NCBI GenBank assembly: GCA_965197905.1
Contig: CBDAOB010000005.1
Span: forward strand, 928,001-992,000
Source: Candidatus Latescibacterota bacterium
Lineage (GTDB): Bacteria > Latescibacterota > UBA2968 > UBA8231
Reading direction: 5' to 3'
DNA: 64,000 nucleotides
Part shown: piece after piece, positions 60,301 through 64,000 of the stretch
Layout of the letters: the number at the start of each line of letters is the position of its first letter
Position numbering within the stretch: the stretch's first letter is position 1
The notes under the pieces: model-generated
Databases searched by the model: none
Told to the model about the DNA's origin: nothing
The model's input: the letters and a program-made list of their open reading frames with translations, nothing else
Made by a program: the position numbers and the translations under genes

Positions 60301-60764
60301 ATCACCGCCTCCTGAACGTGTTGGATAAGCTGCCTAAACGCGTGCAGGCCGAAGCGCGGCAACTGCTGACACAGATCCCCTACGCGCCGACCCGTCAAGA
60401 CGCGACCAAACGCCGCGATCAATTCGCCAAACGATTCCACCGCGAATGCCCAGACGCCGTAGATATCCTCGAGCGCGATTGGGACCGTATGGTGGCATTC
60501 TACGACTTTCCCGAGGCCCACTGGCAACACCTGCGCACTACCAACGTCGTTGAAAGTCCCTTCGCTTCGGTACGGCTGCGAACCAATGCGGCCAAGCGCT
60601 ACAAGAAGGTGGCCAATGCCACCGCCCTCATATGGCGGGTACTGATGGTGGCCGAGAAACGATTTCGCCGACTCCGTGCACCGCATCTTATGGCTGACGT
60701 GTACGCCAATGTGCGCTACGAAAATGGATCACACATCGCGCAAAGGAAGAAGATTGCCGCCTGA
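57385..60764 (+). CDS. IS256-family DDE transposase; exons 57385-57906 and 60048-60764 (412 aa spliced)
   Basis: YRNGY, PRVR, LYLHGLS, WADGI|YVKAG, GYRES, LVADG, QRCWNH and RTTNVVES. Confidence 0.92.
57907..60047 (+). ncRNA. Group II intron (2141 nt) with intron-encoded RT
   Basis: 5' GTGCG; domain V GAGCCGGATGCGTGGTAACGCGCACGTCCGGTTC at 59951-59984; domain VI stem ending CCGACCCTAC; removal restores the transposase frame. Confidence 0.95.
58491..59921 (+). CDS. ltrA: Group II intron reverse transcriptase/maturase, no endonuclease domain
   Basis: AGGAGG RBS and GTG start; GVDG, RLGIPT..DRVVQ, SYGFRP, EGDI..CFD, GTPQGGILSP, RYADDF, FDFLGF and RGWANYF; no HNH tail. Confidence 0.93.
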   Translation: MNASASWPEAEQARNRVLEIQTKLHRWAVEDRSKCFDDLFNLVCDPAFLSVAWRRVRSNKGARSAGVDGQTAYSVETERGEEAFLAEVRVDLKTRSFRPLPVRERLIPKPGTTKKRRLGIPTARDRVVQAALKLVLEPIFEADFKPCSYGFRPNRRAQDAIAEIHQFCSRSYEWVVEGDIRACFDEIDHAALLDRVRRRIGDKHVLRLVKAFCKAGVLTEQSVLQESTSGTPQGGILSPLVANIALSVLDDYFTEVWRKVGATSSARQAHRRKGLPTCRLVRYADDFVLLVAGTEAAAYDLRDQAGVTLTPMGLHLSETKTAITHISRGFDFLGFRIQKRRKPGPVGARIYTWPRKESLARLKSTVRAVTRTGRQRPLKSLLRQLNPVLRGWANYFQYGVSKATFNYVRGFTWRRVVHWLRRKHPRFNWRKLKRRYLPGWWPTEDGIALYNVGEVAVTRYRYRSARIPSPWPATTG

Positions 60765-61787
60765 GTCGTTTACACACCATTTGACCCAAGCTCCCCTGAT
60801 GTAGACTGGGCTATCAAAGTTCACAATCAGAATAATACAACTATAAGCTGGCAGATAAGCAAAGACTGGAAAGTTCCAGCCTTCAAAGGAGATTGAATAT
60901 AGGTTCGGGGCAAGGTGGCCCATCTTTTGAATTCAATGCCTCAGGTGCTTTAACCAATATTCCATGGATCACAAAAGAATGGTTCCCAACACTCTCGATT
61001 TCCGTTAAAACTCCTTTAGGTGTCCCCCCAGATGTTCAAAAGATCCTCAATCAATCATTGTTACGAAATTCCCAAGCACCATCTGAGCCGGATGCTTCAG
61101 AAGAGAACGTCAAAGCAACCGCCAAGCCTGATGCCTCAGAAGAGAATACCGATGCAATTCACATAAATTTTGATATTAATACCTTCGGACTACTCGATCA
61201 CATAGGATTGCGCCTGAGAGCAACTGGTGAATTCAACGGAGTAGAAACTTCAGGATATATCCAGCCCCCATCCATCAACGGGTCGTGGTACTTTTTAGGC
61301 GCCGAATTAGAAGCTGGATACCGCAAAGGGGATGCCGAATTTAAAGATGTACGAACCAAAGCGCCGGACAGAGGCAACATCCTGGGACGACTCGGTGGCG
61401 TCTTAGAACTTGCCCCCCCCTTGTTATTTATCAATCGCCAGCATTCTAGGGGTTTGCGCTTTTTTATTCGAGGTCGAGGGTGGGCAGATCATTTCGACGA
61501 TTCTAAGGATCCAGATGAAAGTGACTTTTCCAGTTTCAGGCTAAGTGGATTTGCCGACAGTGAACTCTTCTACAATTTCAGTGCAGATAAACGCGTTTTT
61601 GTTCGAGGCGAGTATGGTTCCTTGCCTCCAGATCTGACTCTAGTAGTGAATCGAGTATATGTGGGCGTAGGCAGTGCTTTTTAAGCTTTGACTCATATGT
61701 GGATAACATGTCGCTCGGTTAAATCCGCTGCCAGAGTCCAGATCTAGGGGCAAGGTCAAGCCGCAAGCGGCGGAATTGCTAACGTAG

Positions 61788-61935
61788 TGATGTTGCCCCG
61801 GTTTAGTGGACACACGTTAAGCTGCATGTTGACGCTCGAATTCAACGGGGCTGAGATAACCCAATGTTGAGTGTCGACGTTGTCGGTTGTACTCGGTTTC
61901 GATGTACTCGAAGATGGCGCGCCGGGCTTGGTCTC
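61788..61935 (-). mobile_element. IS3-family remnant (integrase C-terminus plus right end)
   Basis: [31 protein letters not shown] followed by GTGTCCACTAAACCGGGGCAACATCA, ending in CA. Confidence 0.8.
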
Positions 61936-62581
61936 TTTCGATAGACGCAGCATATCCAACGAGGCCCAACGAGGCGAAGCACGGTCCCTGATCCAGCGGT
62001 TTTCCCACCGTGAAGATGCTAAATGCGTATGGTGTACACCATCTGGCTGCGGGACAGCGCTTTCTGAAAGACCAGACTGAGCACATCGCAAGCCGCCAAA
62101 CGGTCGGGGTACTCCTTGAGCAGTTTGGAGCGCCGGGTTCAGGCTAGGTGAATGGTTGTCCTCCCGGTTGACGATCGGGTTTTGCAGCCCCTACAGCTCG
62201 AACGAATACTTCCTCACCACATCCTCATCTCCGGTAACTCCCACTCCAGGCACGTCGCGTACTCAAGATAGCTACTCTCCTGCACCCACGGATCGCTGAC
62301 CGGCCGTGCTGCATCGGTGACTCGCGCGGCTTGAAATCCATACACCAGCCGGCCGGCGACGCCGCAGCAAATGAACACTCGCTGCCGAGTTCAGCGCACT
62401 GGGTGTGGGTCTGTGCTGGCACATCCCATGCACCTCAAAGGATACGCATGGGCATGCAGGTCGCGGTGTGTGATCGCGTCGACACGAAGTGGCTTCCGAA
62501 GTCGACTCTTGCAGCCGGTACAAAGAAAGCTGACTTCTGAGCTTCTCGTCGCAATGATGTACTGTTCGCGAGGTAGGGGAT

Positions 62582-64000
62582 ATGGCAGAAGACAAGAAGT
62601 TCGAGAGAATCGGTCTGGCTCTGTCTGGTGGCGGTTACCGCGCGGCGGCCTTTCATCTGGGAACCCTCGGTTATCTCAATCGAGTCGGCCTTCTGGACAG
62701 AGTGAACGCCATATCTACCGTCTCAGGAGGGACCTTCACCGGAGAGCGATTCGTGCTCTCACAAGCCGAAGGGATCGCATTCGAAGATTTTTACAAGGCG
62801 TTCTACAGCGACCTGGCAAACATCGATCTCGTGAAGTTGGCGATGAAGAACCTCGGCAAGGGCGTGTCGAAGGCCCCTTCCAAACGGAAGGGCCTGATCA
62901 TCGCCATTGCTCAGGTGTATGCTGAAACCTTCATGCGCAAGGGAAACGAGGACACCTATCTGCTTGGTGATGTGCTCGGAGCCGAGGATATCGCTGTCAA
63001 AGAGGCGGCCTTCAATGCCACCGATTTCAGAAGTGGATCGACTTTTCGTTTCCAGAAAACGGAATCAGGGTTGATCGCCAATTTCTATGTCGATCTTCCC
63101 GAAGATGAAGTCGGTAAGATCCGGCTGGCGGATGTCATGGCAGCACCTTCCTGCTTCCCTGGCGGATTCGAGCCGCTTGAGTCCCCAGACGATTTCGTAT
63201 GGTCCAATGGAAGGGTTCCCGAAGGAATCAGGAAGGCGGTTGACGAACCGGAAGAAGGGAGGATTGCACTGAAAAGGGGGACGATCGCTCTGATGGATGG
63301 TGGCGTCTACGACAATCAGGGGGTGGAAAGCTTGCTGCTGGCAGATGAACGCGAAAAGATGAAACTGGATCTCTTCGTTATTTCCGACACAGATCAACTG
63401 AAGAGCACGCACTACGAGCGGCCTGCGCAACACGGTTAATTCAAACTTGGAACGGCGCGATGGTTGGTTTCACTGCTCACGTGGGGGGGATTGTTTCCGC
63501 ACTAATGCTCGGTGCTCGTCTGGTCGCCGGCTATATGAACGAGACCCTTGGGCTCTTCGATTGGCTGATGGCCGCACCGATTCTGGTCACCGTCGCTACC
63601 GTGTATTTCCTGTTCGTGGGGCATAGCAGGATCGTTGGTGCGGTATCGATCAGTTCGCCGACCTGGTGATTCTGCGCGGCACGTCGTTGGTGTCGATGGC
63701 CACAAACGTCTTCATGTATCGCATACGTTCCCTCTATCGGCTCATCTACAAAATGACCAATACGAGGGAGAACGCGTATCGAACCTAATCTATCACCTGA
63801 CATCGAATTATAGACGGGACAAGTATGAGCTTGTCCAAGCTCCTTCCACGCGGTTGCAAGCTGTAGCCGATGAAGCGGCTTCCATGAGGACGATCTTGTG
63901 GTTTGAGAAGGAAAAGCCCGGCCAACAACGAAAGGTAGTAGTGGCGGGTCAGGCGACTATCTGCTACAACCTTATGAAATACATTCTTATGAAATACATT
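62582..64000 (+). pseudogene. Patatin-like phospholipase with internal TM hairpin, disrupted in its 3' half; runs off the window
   Basis: LALSGGGYRAAAFHLG, STVSGG and DGGVYDNQG; in-frame TAA at 63437, then frame-hopping coding-like sequence (FMYRIRSL, NLIYHL, MRTILWF, GQATICYNLMKYI). Confidence 0.8.
63971..64000. repeat. 15-bp perfect tandem repeat
   Basis: CTTATGAAATACATT x2 at the window end. Confidence 0.85.

Larger units (their letters stand above)
57277..60793 (+). mobile_element. IS256-family insertion sequence carrying a group II intron
   Basis: Imperfect terminal IRs GAGCTATAATCAAAAGGTGTGGAAA and (reverse complement) GAGCTTGGGTCAAATGGTGTGTAAA; TSD CCCTGATG at 57269-57276 and 60794-60801. 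Confidence 0.92.
56873..61684 (+). pseudogene. Secreted/outer-membrane protein gene (about 428 codons) split by IS256 and two frameshifts
   Basis: Signal peptide MLSLKIGISILFFLLAHAQA; the frame ...IIEQPPD|VDWAIKV... continues across the TSD; frameshifts near 57075 and 60892; ends VYVGVGSAF. Confidence 0.7.

Noticed and set aside
61698..61706. Perfect DnaA box (TGTGGATAA)
   Set aside because: Single copy with no box cluster or dnaA context; compatible with chance.
62469..62484. CRP-like TGTGA-N6-CGACA upstream of the patatin gene
   Set aside because: Two mismatches in one half-site; too weak to call.
62000..62560. Possible gene fragment (minus strand, LQNPIVNRED...) and small hairpins
   Set aside because: Broken frames and no recognisable family or RNA motif; cannot be supported.

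Overview
GC-rich bacterial window with three zones. (1) 1-36.2 kb is a catabolic region. It holds an ABC solute-binding lipoprotein, a TonB-dependent receptor broken by a 140-bp tandem duplication, a GT-C/TPR membrane protein, class III and class IV transaminases (the latter with (R)-amine transaminase motifs), M20/M19 peptidases, two PhyH dioxygenases, NHL-repeat and beta-propeller proteins, an acyl-CoA ligase, REC-GAF, FapA, a GH4 alpha-galactosidase, RraA, parvulin and a galactonate-dehydratase-like enolase. (2) 36.3-54.5 kb is a co-oriented minus-strand cluster that looks like an uncharacterised isoprenoid pathway. It encodes two small hypothetical proteins, a polyprenyl diphosphate synthase, two large paralogous tandem acetoacetate-decarboxylase-fold proteins, a large FAD oxidoreductase, a TonB receptor behind a near-consensus CRP box, a 7TM-DISM/PP2C sensor phosphatase, a geranylgeranyl-reductase-family enzyme, a SAM methyltransferase and a saccharopine-dehydrogenase-like reductase. 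(3) 54.7-64 kb is a decaying accessory zone. An AT-rich two-gene island is interrupted by an IS256 element (8-bp TSD), whose transposase is itself interrupted between codons by a complete group II intron. An IS3 remnant and a patatin pseudogene follow. Several single-base frameshifts, often in homopolymers, suggest long-read consensus errors, so gene-disruption calls are tentative. The EF-hand+FlgD-type tail, NHL repeats and PhyH genes loosely suggest a Latescibacterota/Gemmatimonadota-like organism (inference only). No rRNA, tRNA or CRISPR array was seen. All calls come from reading motifs; no database searches were run.
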